Source: an uncultured Acidimicrobiales bacterium (GTDB lineage: Bacteria > Actinomycetota > Acidimicrobiia > Acidimicrobiales > DATKAS01). From it: DNA of 64,000 nucleotides. The stretch lies in NCBI GenBank assembly GCA_963747215.1, contig CAVVET010000040.1, positions 47,572-111,571 of the forward strand, in the 5' to 3' direction. Under the pieces are notes generated by a model. The model had not been told where the DNA came from. It did not search any database and saw nothing but the letters and a program-made list of their open reading frames with translations. Shown piece after piece: positions 9,241 through 20,981 of the stretch. Made by a program: the position numbers and the translations under genes. Within the stretch, counting starts at the first letter, position 1; each line of letters opens with the position of its first letter.

Positions 9241-10442
9241 GCTCGCCCGAGCGCCTCGCGCTGCAAGACCGTCGCGCTGCCACGAACGTTGCGGTCCCGG
9301 TCGATCAGACCGAACGACACGTCGTAACCGAGCAGCCACTCGTAGTTGTCCACGGCGGTCCAGTGGAAGAACCCGCGCACGTCGATGCCGCGACTGATCG
9401 CGTCGTGTGTGACCTCCAAACCGCGCTCGATGTACGCGGCCCGCAAGTCGTCGTCGTCGGTCCCGACTCCATACTCGGCGACGAGGAGAGCTGTGGTCGG
9501 GCACTTCGGTGTGCAGCTGATCGAGCACCAGTCCGAGGCCATCGGCCCAGATCCCGTAACCGAGGGGCGAGATCGGCGCGTCGGGCGGATGGACCGCGAA
9601 CGCGGCCCTGCTTGCACGCCCATCGCCGAGTAGTACGAGAACCCGATCAGGTCGAACGCACCCTGCAGGTCGGGGCGATGCACGGGCTCGCGGTGTCGCA
9701 CGCGCAACATCCCGTCGCGAAACAGCCCGAGGCCCGGCTCCCAGAGGATCGAGCGCAGTGCGCCGGCGTAACCGAGCGTCTCGTCATCGTTGTCCTGCGG
9801 GACGATCGCTGACAGGCCGAAGATCGATGCAACGGGAGCTCCGGTCTGACGCAACCGGACTGCCGCCTCCGCGTTCGCCAGCAGGATCGCTTCGTCGACG
9901 ACCGCGACTTCCTGGCGGTCGTCGTGACCGGGCGGGAAGCGGCCCCCGTCGTAGCAGAGACGGGCGTAGTAGTTCGCCTCGTTCACCGGCTGCCACCCGC
10001 CGACGAGGTCGCCGAACGTCTCCGCGACGAAATCCACGTGACGCGCCCACGCGTCCGTGCGACCCGAGACCTCCAGAAAACCTCCCTCAGCCGCGAACCA
10101 GCGCGGCAACGTGAAATGGTGCAAGCAGACCCACGGCGTCACACCGGCGTCCCGTGCGGCAGCGAGCACCGCGCGGTAGTGCTCGACCGCAGCTGGGTCG
10201 TGCACGCCGGGCTCCGGTTCGAGACGCGCCCACTCCATCGACAAGCGGTGGTGAGTGAGGCCGAGACCGGCGAGCAGGGCGAAGTCCTCCGCGTAGCGCG
10301 TCGCGAAGCCGTTGCCGTCTCCAGAGGTCGGCGCGCGTCCTGCTCGTTCCCAGTCCCACCAGTCCGATGCCGGTGCGGCGCCCTCGCACTGGGTCGATGA
10401 CGCGCCCGTGCCCCACATGAACCCCTCTGGCCAAGTCCGCAC
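9237..10442 (-). CDS. Glycoside hydrolase family 1 (beta-glucosidase-like); compensating frameshifts ~9490-9600
   Basis: FMWGTGASSTQCEG, RLSMEWARLEP, LHHFTLP, VNEA acid/base, AEYG nucleophile, WTAVDNYEW. Confidence 0.92.
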   Translation of the reverse strand: MRTWPEGFMWGTGASSTQCEGAAPASDWWDWERAGRAPTSGDGNGFATRYAEDFALLAGLGLTHHRLSMEWARLEPEPGVHDPAAVEHYRAVLAAARDAGVTPWVCLHHFTLPRWFAAEGGFLEVSGRTDAWARHVDFVAETFGDLVGGWQPVNEANYYARLCYDGGRFPPGHDDRQEVAVVDEAILLANAEAAVRLRQTGAPVASIFGLSAIVPQDNDDETLGYAGALRSILWEPGLGLFRDGMLRVRHREPVHRPDLQGAFDLIGFSYYSAMGVQAGPRSRSIRPTRRSRPSVTGSGPMASDWCSISCTPKCPTTALLVAEYGVGTDDDDLRAAYIERGLEVTHDAISRGIDVRGFFHWTAVDNYEWLLGYDVSFGLIDRDRNVRGSATVLQREALGRA

Positions 10443-10449
10443 GGGCTGG

Positions 10450-11434
10450 CTACGACTTGTTGTCGGCGGCGTAGACCACGCCGATCTGCGCCCGGATCTC
10501 GTCCATCGTCCGGGCGAGCGCGACGGTCTCGTCGAGCGGCGCGATGTCGCTTTCGGTGCGGCCGGCAGCAAGGCAGCGGTGGACTTCCTCGGCCTGGAAG
10601 CGCAACCCCTCGCCTTCGTATTCGGCGTCGATCCACTCGATCGTGCCCGACGCTCCGACGCCCACGCGCGTAGGCCGGTGCATCATCGCCGGCAGCTCGA
10701 TCCAACCGTCCGCACCTGCGATGCGCGCTGTGCACGACAGCCCGATGCGTGTCGCCGCCTTGATGACGCCGAGTGCGCCCCCCTTGTAATGCAAGCACCG
10801 CGGCAACCTGCTCGTCGGCGCCGGTGCTTCCGACATGTCCTTGCGCCACCACGGCGTCCGGCGTGCCCAAGACCATCGAGCAGAGCTGCAACGGATAGAT
10901 CCCGAGGTCGAGCAAGGCGCCCCCGCCCTGCGCGAGATCGAACAACCGGTGCTCTGGCATCAGCGGCACCCGGAAGCCGAAGTCCGCCTCGACCAACAGC
11001 GGCTCACCGATACGGCCTTCGGCGAGCAGGTCAGCCAACACGCGGTATGCGGGCAGGAAGCGGCTCCACAGCGCCTCCATCGCGAACAGGCCGCGCGCTC
11101 GTGCCGTGCTCGCCATGCGTTCGGCCTGCGCTGCGTTCAGTGCGAAGGGCTTCTCGCAGAGCACGTGCTTACCCGCCTCGAGCGCGGACAGCACCACGGC
11201 CTCGTGCTGCGCATGCGGTGTCGCCACATACACGACGTCCACGGTCGGGTCGGCCATCAGCTCGTCGTATGAGCCGTGACGGTTCGGGATGTCGAACCGG
11301 TCGCCGAACGTGTCGGCACGGTCCTTCGAGCGAGACCCGACTGCGGCGAGCACTCCACCATCGACGAGCGCCATGCCCTCCGCGAACTGCGCGGCGATTG
11401 CCCCCGGACCTGCGATACCCCACCGAATGGTCAT
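10450..11434 (-). CDS. Gfo/Idh/MocA oxidoreductase (frameshift ~10790)
   Basis: WGIAGPGAIA, VYVATPH, HVLCEKPF, GGGALLDLGIYP. Confidence 0.92.
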
Positions 11435-11462
11435 CCCCGGACCGTAATCGTGGGTGCCCGGG

Positions 11463-12262
11463 TCAGACGCTTTCTGCCTTGACCGAGCGGATGCCGACCC
11501 ACAGGCCGACCGCGAGCACGGCCAACGCTGAGATCGTGCCCCACGCAACCGAGGAGTTCGCGACGTCACCGGCGAAGAGCGCGCGCTCCGCGTCGACGAT
11601 GTGGGTCAAGGGATTGATGTTCGACAGCACCTCCATCCACCCTGGCGCACCCTCGAGAGGGAGCAACATCCCGGAGAGGATGAGCAGCGGGAAGATCAGC
11701 GTCTGCTGCACCATCCAGAACATCCACTCGTTGCCCTTCGACGCGATCGCGAGCGTGTAGGACAGCGAGCCGAGCCCGACCGCGAACGCGGCGAGCATCG
11801 GCAACCCGATCACGATGCCCGGGGGCTCCGGGACGAAGCCGAACGGGATCGTGATGGCGATGATGATCAACGACTGCAGCAGTGCGGGGACGATCTCCTT
11901 CGTGGCCCGTCCCAGCAGCAGCGACGAGCGGTGCAGTGGCGCGACGAGCAGCCGCTCGTGTGAGCCCGTCTGCATCTCGAGCTGGAGGTTCGATCCGGTC
12001 GTCGATGCGCCGAAGAGCGCCGACATCACGATGATGCCGGGTACGAACCACTGCAGGGAATCGCCGAAGCTCGTCCCGGTCACGTCTGCGAGCAGCGGCC
12101 CGAAGAAGACCAGGAACACGATCGGCTGCACCAGGGTGAACACCACGGAGAAGGGATCACGGAAGAACGGCCGCAGCTCGCGCGTGAAGACGAGCGAGGT
12201 GTCCTGGCCCAAGCTGTTCGGTGGGAGGGCAAGTGCGGCGTGTTGACGTGGGCGGTGCTCAT
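11463..12262 (-). CDS. ABC-2 type exporter permease (DrrB-like)
   Basis: LVQPIVFLVFFGPL, ERLLVAP, NPLTHIVDAERALF; 5' end frameshifted. Confidence 0.88.
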
Positions 12263-13259
12263 GCCGCCACTCCTTCCGTGCTCGCGTCGTCAGAGGTCTG
12301 GGCGTCGGTGCCTTCTCGGAGGCTCCGCCCGGTGAGGTGAAGGAACACGTCGTCGAGCGTCGCCCGGATCGCTTCGACCGAGGCGACCTCGACGCCCGAT
12401 TCGTCGAGCGACCTCAGCAGTCCGGGAACCTCCGCCGGTGCGCCCACGACTCGGGCTTGCACCGCGGAGCCGTCCACGGCGACTGACATGGTCCCGCTCA
12501 GCCGTTCGATCACCGACGCCACCTGCGTGACGTCACTCGCCTTCACCACCCGCAGATCGAGCCGGTCGCCCACGAGCGAGGTCCGCAGCCGTTCGGGCGA
12601 GTCGTCCGCGATGATCAGCCCGTGGTCGATGATGACCACTCGGTCCGCGAGTCGGTCGGCCTCCTCGAGGTAGTGCGTGGTGAGCACCATCGTCGTGCCG
12701 TACTCGGCGTGGAGTCGCTCGATGTGCGCGGCGATGTTGGCTCGGTTCTGCGGATCGAGACCGGTCGACGGCTCGTCGAGGAACAGCAGCTCGGGTCGAT
12801 GCACGAGACCGAGCGCCACGTCGAGTCGCCGCCGTTGTCCGCCGGACAACGTCTGCACGACCCGGCCACGCGAGGTCGTCGAGACCGAACGCCTCGAGCA
12901 GATCTTCGGCACGGCTCGAGCGCCTCGGACTTCGGAAGGCCGTAGCAGCGACCTTGCGAGACGAGCTCGTCGCGCACCCGCTGTGTTTGGCCGGCGCCGT
13001 TGCCCTGACCGATCGATCCGATCCGTTGCCGCACGCCGGCCGGGTTCGCGACCACGTCGCACCCGGCGACCTCGGCCGTGCCCGACGTCGGGGCGAGCAA
13101 CGTGGTGAGCATGCGCAGCGTGGTCGACTTGCCGGCGCCGTTCGGGCCGAGGAACGCGACCATCTCGCCTTCGTCGACGACGAGGTCGATCCCCTTCACC
13201 GCTTCGACCACGTTGCCCTTGACCCGAAACTCGCGGGTCAGTCCCTTCGTGCGGATCAT
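12259..13259 (-). CDS. ABC exporter ATP-binding subunit (DrrA-like; frameshift ~12870-12920)
   Basis: GPNGAGKST Walker [11 protein letters not shown] signature, [19 protein letters not shown]. Confidence 0.92.
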
Positions 13260-13333
13260 GTCGATGCTCCTCGGCTCGCATCGCCGCTCGGCGACTCGGG
13301 GGAAGTCTCCAACGGATGGGAACGTATCGTCTC

Positions 13334-13356
13334 TTGCGGACAGAAACTGGCCGCAA
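13334..13356. promoter_or_regulatory. Palindromic operator between the ABC operon and the WYL regulator
   Basis: TTGCGG-A-CAG-AAA-CTG-G-CCGCAA, a 23-bp inverted repeat with one mismatch. Confidence 0.65.
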
Positions 13357-13376
13357 AACGCGCCATTCTGGAGGAC

Positions 13377-14359
13377 ATGTCAGGACCGACCGGACGGGCG
13401 CTCGCCCTGTTGTCACTTCTCCAGACGCACCGCTTCTGGTCAGGCGCCGAGCTGGCGGACCGGCTCGAGGTGAGCGAGCGCACGTTGCGGCGCGACGTCG
13501 ATCGGCTTCGGTCGTTCGGGTATCCCGTCGACGCCACGACGGGGAAGGCGGGCGGCTACCGGCTTGCCGCCGGCGCGCACCTCCCCCCGCTGCTCCTCGA
13601 CGACGACGAAGCGGTGGCGATCAGCGTCGGGCTGCGGTCCACCGCGATGGCGACGATCGACGGCATGGGTGACACGTCCGCCCGTGCGCTCGCGAAGCTC
13701 GAACAGGTGCTGCCGGATCGCTTGCGCCGGCGCGTGCGCGCGCGGTCCATTCGAGCATCACGCCGGTGCGATGGGGTGAGCAGGGGAGCACCGGCCCGAC
13801 CGTCGATCCCGAGGCGTTGGCGGTGCTCGGCGAGGCGTGCCGAGATCACGTCGAGGCTCGCTTCGAGTACCGCAGCCGCGACGGCGAGGAGACGAGTCGC
13901 CTGGTGGAGCCCCACCAGCTCGTCACCGCCGGACGGCGTTGGTATCTCGTGGCGTTCGACGTTCGGCGCGACGACTGGCGCAGCTTCCGTGTCGACCGAC
14001 TGACCGAGCCGCGCCTCGCGGGGCGGCGGTTCGCGCCGCTGCCCGATCCCCGAGGGTGATGCGGGCTCATACGTCGCCGCGCTCGCTCGGCTCACAACCA
14101 CTTCCGTACAGCATCACGGCGACGATTCACCTGTCCGAGGCCGACGCGCGTGCTGCGTTGCGGTGGGTCGACGTCGACGTCCAGGAGATCGACTCCACCC
14201 GCTGCTGTGCGGTGTTCCGCGTGGAGTCGGCCGACACGCTCGCGCTCAGCATCGCGATGGCCGCACTCGCAGCGAACGTCGACCTCGAGGATGAAGGCGC
14301 CCCCTCGGAGGTCAGAACCAGTCTCGCGACCCGTCGCGGAGCGTCTCTCTCGCCTCTAG
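13377..14359 (+). CDS. YafY-family HTH-WYL transcriptional regulator (frameshifts)
   Basis: LALLSLLQ...[32 protein letters not shown]; WYL motif RRWYLVAFD...WRSFRVDR. Confidence 0.92.
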
Positions 14360-14376
14360 CGTGCCGCGTCGTGTCC

Positions 14377-15552
14377 GTGCTGACCGTCGATCAACGGCGT
14401 GTCCTACCCGTTGATCTTCTCGGTCACGCTCATCGGCATCATGGGCAACGCGGTCGCTGTCCCCGGCGATCCCCGACGTGCTCGTGGAGTTCGGCGAGCC
14501 CGACAGCTCGGCGGGCATCTTGGTGGCGTCGATGTCGATCCCGGGCGTGTTCGTCGCCCCGGTGATCGGTCTGCTCGCGGACCGCTTGGGTCGGCGCAAC
14601 GTCTTGGTCCCGTGTCTTGCGCTGTTCGGCATCGGGGGCATCTTCGCGGCGACGGCGCCGACGTTCGACGCGCTCCTCATCGCGCGGTTCATCATGGGCT
14701 TCGGCGCAGCCGGTCTCATCAACCTCGCTGTCGTGCTGATCGGCGACTTCTTCCCGGACTCAGAGGAGCGCACGCATTGGATCGGCCGCAACTCGGCCGC
14801 GATGATCATCGCTCTCGCGGTCTTCCCCGCGTACGCCGGTCGTCGTCACCGCCGCGTTCGGATGGCAATGGGCGGTAGCGCCGTGCGCGCTCTCCCTCGT
14901 CGTCGCCGTCGTCACCTGGTTCGTGCTCGACGCAGCGCGGCCGGCCGTGGTTCCCACCGTGCGGGTGCAGCTCGGGGGAGTGGGCCAGGCGCTTCGCGAC
15001 ACGACGATCCTCGTCACGCTCGTGGGCGGCGCGATCGCGTTCGCGGTGATGTTCGGAGTCTTCCTGGCCACGTTGCCGACTCACCTCGAAGACGACTTCG
15101 GGCTGGGCGCCGGGTGGCGAGGCTTGGTCATCGGACTCCCCGCGCTCACCTCCAGCCTCACGGCCTTCAACCTCGGGCGCATCCACCGCGGGGTCCCGAC
15201 CGGGATGATCCTGATGGCGTCGACCGCGCTGTGGGTCGTCGCGTTCGTGTTGATAGGTCTGTCGCCGATCCTGCTGCTGCTCCTCGTCGGGATCTTGCTC
15301 TACGGCCTCGGCGAAGGCGTCGTGATCCCGAGCCTGCAGACGGTCGCGCTCGGGCGTGCACCCGAGCAGCACCGAGGTGCGGTCATGGCGACGTGGACCG
15401 CGTCGGCGCGGCTGGGCCAGACGCTCGGCCCCCTGCTCGCGGCCGCGATCCTGGCGACGGCGGGAAGTGAATGGGCGCTGCTGGCGGGCGCCGTCGGGGC
15501 CGGGATCATGTTCACGATGTTCGCGCTGAGCCCGATCGCTCGAACCCGCTAG
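14377..15552 (+). CDS. MFS transporter (frameshifts)
   Basis: Motif A GLLADRLGRRNVL; ARFIMGFG; multiple TM segments across ORFs 14478 and 14923; start approximate. Confidence 0.85.
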
Positions 15553-15556
15553 CGCC

Positions 15557-16186
15557 TCAGCTTCCAGCCCCGACCTCATCGAGGGCGAGGTTGAGCTCGA
15601 CGCACGTTCACGCCGGGTTCGCCCAGGAACCCGAGCTCGCGCTCGTCGGTGTGGTCCTTGACCAGCTCGAGCACGGCATCGACGTCCATCTGACGCGCGG
15701 CCGCAACTCGAGCGGCCTGCAGTCGAGCGTTGGCGACCGAGATGTGGGGATCGAGGCTGCTGGCGGATCCCGTCACGGCGTCGACCGGCACGGGGGTGTC
15801 GGCGTCGAGGCCGTTCTCCTCGCGGTACAAGCGGATCTTGTCGTCGACCCCGTTGATGTCGGATTCGTCGACGTCGGTCTCGCCGTCGTCCTCGCCGAGG
15901 AGCCAGCGATCACTGGTCGGCCCCTCGTTGGACCCGTAGGCGTAGCCCGGCCCGGGCGTGTAGTTGGTCGCGGACGGGCGGGGATGGAAGTAGCCCGGCT
16001 CGGTGAACGGCTGGCCGATCCACCGCGAGCCCGACGATCTCACCATCGCGTTTGATCAGCGATCCGTCGGCCTTGTCCTTGAACGCCGCTTGCGCGACGC
16101 CGGTGACGACGAACGGATAGAAGAGACCGGTCAGGACGGTGAAGACGAGCACCATCATCAGTGCCGGGAAGCAGCTGGCGTCGCAT
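15557..16186 (-). CDS. kdpC: K+-transporting ATPase subunit C (frameshifts)
   Basis: [21 protein letters not shown]...[36 protein letters not shown]. Confidence 0.93.
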
Positions 16187-18259
16187 CTAGGACACTCCCA
16201 TCGCGGTGATCAACATGTCGATTGCTTTGATGCCGACGAACGGGGCGATGATGCCGCCGAGTCCGTAGATCAGCAGGTTGCGGCGCAGCATCGTCGCGGC
16301 GCTCTCCGCGCGGAACCGAACGCCGCGCAGTGAGAGTGGGATCAACGCAATGATGATCAGCGCGTTGAAGATGACCGCCGACAGGATCGCGGAGCGGGGC
16401 GTGTCGAGGTTCATGACGTTCAGGTCGTCGAGCTGCGGGATCACGCCGGAGAACATCGCGGGGATGATCGCGAAGTACTTCGCGACGTCATTCGCGATCG
16501 AGAACGTGGTCAACGCACCACGGGTGATGAGGAGCTGCTTGCCGATCTCGACGATCTCGATGAGCTTCGTCGGGTTCGAGTCGAGGTCGACCATGTTGCC
16601 GGCCTCTTTGGCGGCCTGCGTGCCGGTGTTCATCGCCACACCGACATCGGCCTGCGCGAGCGCGGGCGCATCGTTGGTGCCGTCGCCCGTCATCGCGACC
16701 AGCCGGCCGCCGGCCTGCTCGTCGCGGATCAGCTTCATCTTGTCCTCGGGCGTGGCCTCGGCGAGGAAGTCGTCGACGCCGGCCTCGGTCGCGATCGCCT
16801 GCGCGGTGAGCGGGTTGTCGCCGGTGATCATCACCGTGCGGATGCCCATCGCGCGCAGCTGATCGAAGCGGTGACGGATGCCCTCCTTCACGATGTCCTT
16901 GAGGTGCACCACGCCCAAGATCTCGGTGTCCTCGGCGACGACCAACGGGGTGCCGCCGGCGATGGCGACTCCCGACACGAGGTCGTCGAGGCCAGGGGGC
17001 AGCGTCCCGTTCCGCTCGACCACCCACCGCTTCACCGACTCGGCCGCGCCCTTTCGCACGGAGTGGCTGTCGAGGTCGAGCCCGCTCATGCGGGTCTGGG
17101 CGGTGAACGGCACCAGCGTGGCGTCGCTCACGTCGCGCTCGCGCACGTTGAACCGGTCCTTCGCAAGCACGACGATCGACCGACCCTCAGGTGTCTCGTC
17201 GGCGAGACTCGCCAGTTGAGCGGCTGCCGCCAAGCGCTCCTCGGTGACACCGGGGATCGGGAGGAACTCCGCGGCCTGGCGGTTTCCGAGCGTGATCGTT
17301 CCGGTCTTGTCGAGCAGCAACGTGGAGCAGTCGCCCGCGGCCTCGACGGCCCGTCCCGACATGGCGAGCACGTTGTGCTGCACGAGGCGGTCCATGCCGG
17401 CGATGCCGATGGCCGACAGCAAGGCGCCGATCGTCGTCGGGATCAGACACACGAGCAGAGCGACGAGGACGATGACGTTCTGCTCGGCGTCGGCGAAGAT
17501 CGCGAACGGTTGCAGCGTCACGGTGGCCAACAGGAAGATCAGGGTCAGCACCGCAAGCAGCGTGTTGAGCGCGATCTCATTCGGAGTCTTCTGGCGGCTC
17601 GCCCCCTCGACGAGCGCGATCATGCGGTCGAGGAACGTCTCGCCGGGCCGAGCCGTGATGCGCACGACGATCCGATCGGAGAGGACGCGGGTGCCCCCAG
17701 TGACGGCCGAGCGGTCGCCGCCGCCTTCGCGGATGACAGGGGCCGACTCGCCGGTGATGGCCGACTCGTCGACCGACGCGATGCCTTCGGTGATCTCGCC
17801 GTCCGAGGGGATCATCTCGCCGGCGGACACCACGACCATGTCGTCAACGCCGAGCTGAGACGACGGGACCTGCTCGATCGTGCCGTCGGGGCGGCGGCGG
17901 TTGGCCATCGTCTCTGCTCTCGTCTTGCGCAGCGTGGCGGCCTGCGCCTTCCCTCGGCCCTCTGCCATCGCCTCGGCGAAGTTGGCGAACAGCACGGTGA
18001 ACCACAGCCATGCGGCGACGAGGCCGGCGAACAGGTTTTCCTCGCTCGTCGAGTCGCCGAGGTCCCGGAAGAACAGGATCGTCGTGAGCACGCTGCCGAC
18101 GAGCACCACGAACATCACCGGGTTGCGGGCTTGCACCCTGGGATCGAGCTTCTTGAAGCTGTCGACGATGGCCGGCCGCACGATCGCCCGCTCGAACAGA
18201 GGTCGTTTGCTGCGGTCGCGCTTCTCGGGGAGAGGAGCGGCTGGAGTCAGAGTCTGCAC
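16187..18259 (-). CDS. kdpB: K+-transporting P-type ATPase subunit B
   Basis: TGES, DKTGT phosphorylation site, [20 protein letters not shown]. Confidence 0.98.
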   Translation of the reverse strand: MQTLTPAAPLPEKRDRSKRPLFERAIVRPAIVDSFKKLDPRVQARNPVMFVVLVGSVLTTILFFRDLGDSTSEENLFAGLVAAWLWFTVLFANFAEAMAEGRGKAQAATLRKTRAETMANRRRPDGTIEQVPSSQLGVDDMVVVSAGEMIPSDGEITEGIASVDESAITGESAPVIREGGGDRSAVTGGTRVLSDRIVVRITARPGETFLDRMIALVEGASRQKTPNEIALNTLLAVLTLIFLLATVTLQPFAIFADAEQNVIVLVALLVCLIPTTIGALLSAIGIAGMDRLVQHNVLAMSGRAVEAAGDCSTLLLDKTGTITLGNRQAAEFLPIPGVTEERLAAAAQLASLADETPEGRSIVVLAKDRFNVRERDVSDATLVPFTAQTRMSGLDLDSHSVRKGAAESVKRWVVERNGTLPPGLDDLVSGVAIAGGTPLVVAEDTEILGVVHLKDIVKEGIRHRFDQLRAMGIRTVMITGDNPLTAQAIATEAGVDDFLAEATPEDKMKLIRDEQAGGRLVAMTGDGTNDAPALAQADVGVAMNTGTQAAKEAGNMVDLDSNPTKLIEIVEIGKQLLITRGALTTFSIANDVAKYFAIIPAMFSGVIPQLDDLNVMNLDTPRSAILSAVIFNALIIIALIPLSLRGVRFRAESAATMLRRNLLIYGLGGIIAPFVGIKAIDMLITAMGVS

Positions 18260-18267
18260 GAGTGCTC

Positions 18268-19987
18268 CTACAGGGAGAGCTGCTCGACGATGGGGCCGAG
18301 CGCCAAAGCGGGGAAGAAGGTGAGGCCGCCGACGATGAACACCACGCCGATGACGAGTCCGACGAAGAGCGGGGTGTGAGTCGGGAAGGTGCCGGTGGTC
18401 GTCGGCATCGCCCGCTTCTGTGCGAGGGAGCCGGCGAGGGCGAGCACGGGGATGATGAGGAAGAACCGCCCGACGAGCATCGCGATGCCCAACGTCGTGT
18501 CCATCCAGGGCGTCGCGGCGGTGATGCCCGCGAACGCCGACCCGTTGTTGTTCGCGGCCGACGTGAACGTGTACAGGATCTCGCTGAACCCGTGAGCGCC
18601 CGAGTTGAACATCGTCGTGTTCTTGACCGAGCCGACGAACATCGAGGCCGCGGTGAAGCCCAGCAGCACAGTCGGCATCGCCAGCACGTACAGCGAGACC
18701 ATCTTCATCTCAGACGCTTGGATCTTCTTCCCGAGGTACTCGGGTGTTCGTCCGACCATGAGGCCGGCGATGAAGACCGACAGGATCGCCATGATCAGCA
18801 GGCCGCTGAGGCCCACGCCCACGCCGCCGGGGCTGACCTCGCCCAGCATCATGTGGCTCATCGCGACCCCTCCGCCGAGAGGCGTGAAGCTGTCGTGCAT
18901 CGAGTTGACCGACCCGTTCGACGTGCCGGTCGTCGACGCGGCCCACAGACCCGACGCGGCGGGCCCGTAGCGGATCTCCTTGCCCTCCATGTTCCCGCCG
19001 GACTGGATGGAGGTGGTCGTTTGGTCGGCGCCGAGAGCGTCGAGACGAGGGTTGCCGTTGCTCTCGAGGCCCATCGCCGCCAGCGACATGCCGAACCAGA
19101 CGATGAACATGATGGCGAACACCGCGCGGCCTTGACGTCGGTCCTTGACCATGTGGCCGAAGGTGAACGCGAACGCGAACGGGATCACGAGGATCGCCCA
19201 GGTCTCGATGAAGTTGTTGAAGCCGCCGGTGTTCTCGAACGGGTGCGACGAGTTCATGTTGAAGAAGCCGCCGCCGTTCGTGCCGAGCTGCTTGATGGCC
19301 ACCTGGCTGGCGGCGGGCCCGCCCGGGATGAGCTGCTCGGCGGACGCCTCGACTGTGTGCGCGGTCGTGAAGCCGTGGAAGTTCTGGATCACGCCCTGGC
19401 TCACGAGCACGATCGCGAACACGAACGCCAGCGGGAGCAGGATGCGGATCGTGCCGCGGGTGAGGTCGACCCAGAAGTTGCCGATTGTCGACGCGCGTCG
19501 ACGCGTGAGTCCGCGGATCAGCGCCGCGAGCGTGGCCATGCCCGCGGCTGCGGACACGAAGTTCTGCACCGAGAGGCCCACCATCTGGGTGAGGTGGCTC
19601 ATGCGTCGACTCGCCGCCGTAGGACTGCCAGTTCGTGTTGGTCATGAAGCTGACCGCGGTGTTGAACGACAGGTGGGGGATGACCCCAGGAAGGTCGACG
19701 GGGTTGAGCGGCAGCGAACCCTGCAGCCGTTGCAGGGCGTACACGGCGAGGAACGAGAAGATGCTGAACCCGATGAGTGAGTAGGCGTAGACCGTCCAGC
19801 GCTGCTCCCGATTCGGATCGATACGGCAGATCCGGTAGATGAGCCGCTCGATCGGGGCGAAGAAGCGGTCGCCCGGTGCCTTCTCGCCGTCGCCGTACAC
19901 CTTCGCCATGTACTTGCCGAGCGGGATGGCGGTGCCGACGACCAGCGCGATGACCGCGATGAACTGGATCCAGCTTGCCGTCGACAT
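18268..19987 (-). CDS. kdpA: K+-transporting ATPase subunit A (frameshift ~19605)
   Basis: [44 protein letters not shown]. Confidence 0.97.
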
Positions 19988-20077
19988 CAGAACTTCTCGG
20001 GGAACAGCAACGCGGCGACCAAGAACAGCCGCCAGGAGCACCGAGATGACGAGCGCGATGACGTTGTCCGCGGTCAC
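19987..20077 (-). CDS. kdpF: KdpF peptide (one-base insertion in read)
   Basis: [29 protein letters not shown]; the TGA overlaps the kdpA ATG. Confidence 0.85.
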
Positions 20078-20202
20078 GACGTCACTTCCTGGGCCGCCTC
20101 TGCCTTCTCCGATTCGCGCACGAGGCGGTCGAGCCCTCGCACATACGCGACGCAGATCGCGAAGAACACCACCGCAACCCCGATGAACACGATGTCTTCC
20201 AT
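20074..20202 (-). CDS. 42-aa single-TM peptide upstream of kdpF
   Basis: [42 protein letters not shown]; GTGA stop/start overlap with kdpF. Confidence 0.75.
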   Translation of the reverse strand: MEDIVFIGVAVVFFAICVAYVRGLDRLVRESEKAEAAQEVTS

Positions 20203-20243
20203 GGCGAGCATCCTGCGCACCGCCTCGCGCGACGAGAAAGGGA

Positions 20244-20292
20244 CTTACGACCCTCTTAGCGGCGGACGGCCGCGGCTTAACTCTTCGTTAGC
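20244..20292. promoter_or_regulatory. Putative KdpE boxes upstream of the peptide-kdpFABC operon
   Basis: CTTACG 20244, CTTAGC 20255, CTTAAC 20276, GTTAGC 20287 (11/21/11 spacing). Confidence 0.6.
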
Positions 20293-20981
20293 GCGGTTGG
20301 TCCGTCGGGAGCGTGGAAGCGGTAGCCCATGCCCGGCTCGGTGATGAAGTACCGCGGGCGGCCCTGCTCGGGTTCGAGCTTGCGACGGATGTGGGCCATG
20401 TGGACGCGGAGGTAATTCGTCTCGTCGCCGTACTGCGGACCCCAGACGTCCTGCAGCAGCTTGCGCTGGGTCACGAGCTTGCCCTCGTTGCGCACGAGCA
20501 GCTCGACGATGCCCCACTCGGTCGGTGTGAGCCGGATCTCGTCACCGTTGCGGGTGACCACCTTCGCCGCCAGGTCGACGACGAAGTCCGGGGTGGTGAT
20601 GACCGCGGCCTCTTCCGCGGGCGAGACGCGACGAAGCGCAGCACGCAAACGCGCAAACAGCTCGTCCATGCCGAACGGCTTCGTGACGTAGTCGTCCGCG
20701 CCGGCATCGAGCGCGGCGACCTTGTCCCGCTCACCGCCTCGTGCCGACAGGACGATGATCGGGACCGTGGTCCATCCTCGCAGGCCGCGGATGACCTCCA
20801 AGCCGCTCATGCCAGGAAGGCCGAGGTCCAGCACGACCGCATCGGGGTGCCGTGACGCCGCGACACGCAGTGCGTCCTCGCCGTTCGCGACCGCGTCGGA
20901 TTCGTATCCGCGCGCCCGGAGGTTTGCAGTGAGTGCCCGAAGGATCGGGGCCTCGTCGTCGACGACCAGGACGCGGCTCAC
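20277..20981 (-). CDS. kdpE: Response regulator KdpE
   Basis: [48 protein letters not shown]. Confidence 0.95.
   Translation of the reverse strand: MSRVLVVDDEAPILRALTANLRARGYESDAVANGEDALRVAASRHPDAVVLDLGLPGMSGLEVIRGLRGWTTVPIIVLSARGGERDKVAALDAGADDYVTKPFGMDELFARLRAALRRVSPAEEAAVITTPDFVVDLAAKVVTRNGDEIRLTPTEWGIVELLVRNEGKLVTQRKLLQDVWGPQYGDETNYLRVHMAHIRRKLEPEQGRPRYFITEPGMGYRFHAPDGPTALTKS

Noticed and set aside
13377-14359. WYL gene as a marker of an anti-phage defence island
   Set aside because: YafY-type architecture beside transporters; no nuclease, helicase, BREX, CBASS or restriction genes are recognisable nearby.
18710-20077. KdpF-KdpA fusion ORF
   Set aside because: One extra base in kdpF; the canonical FPEKF-stop overlapping the kdpA ATG is visible.
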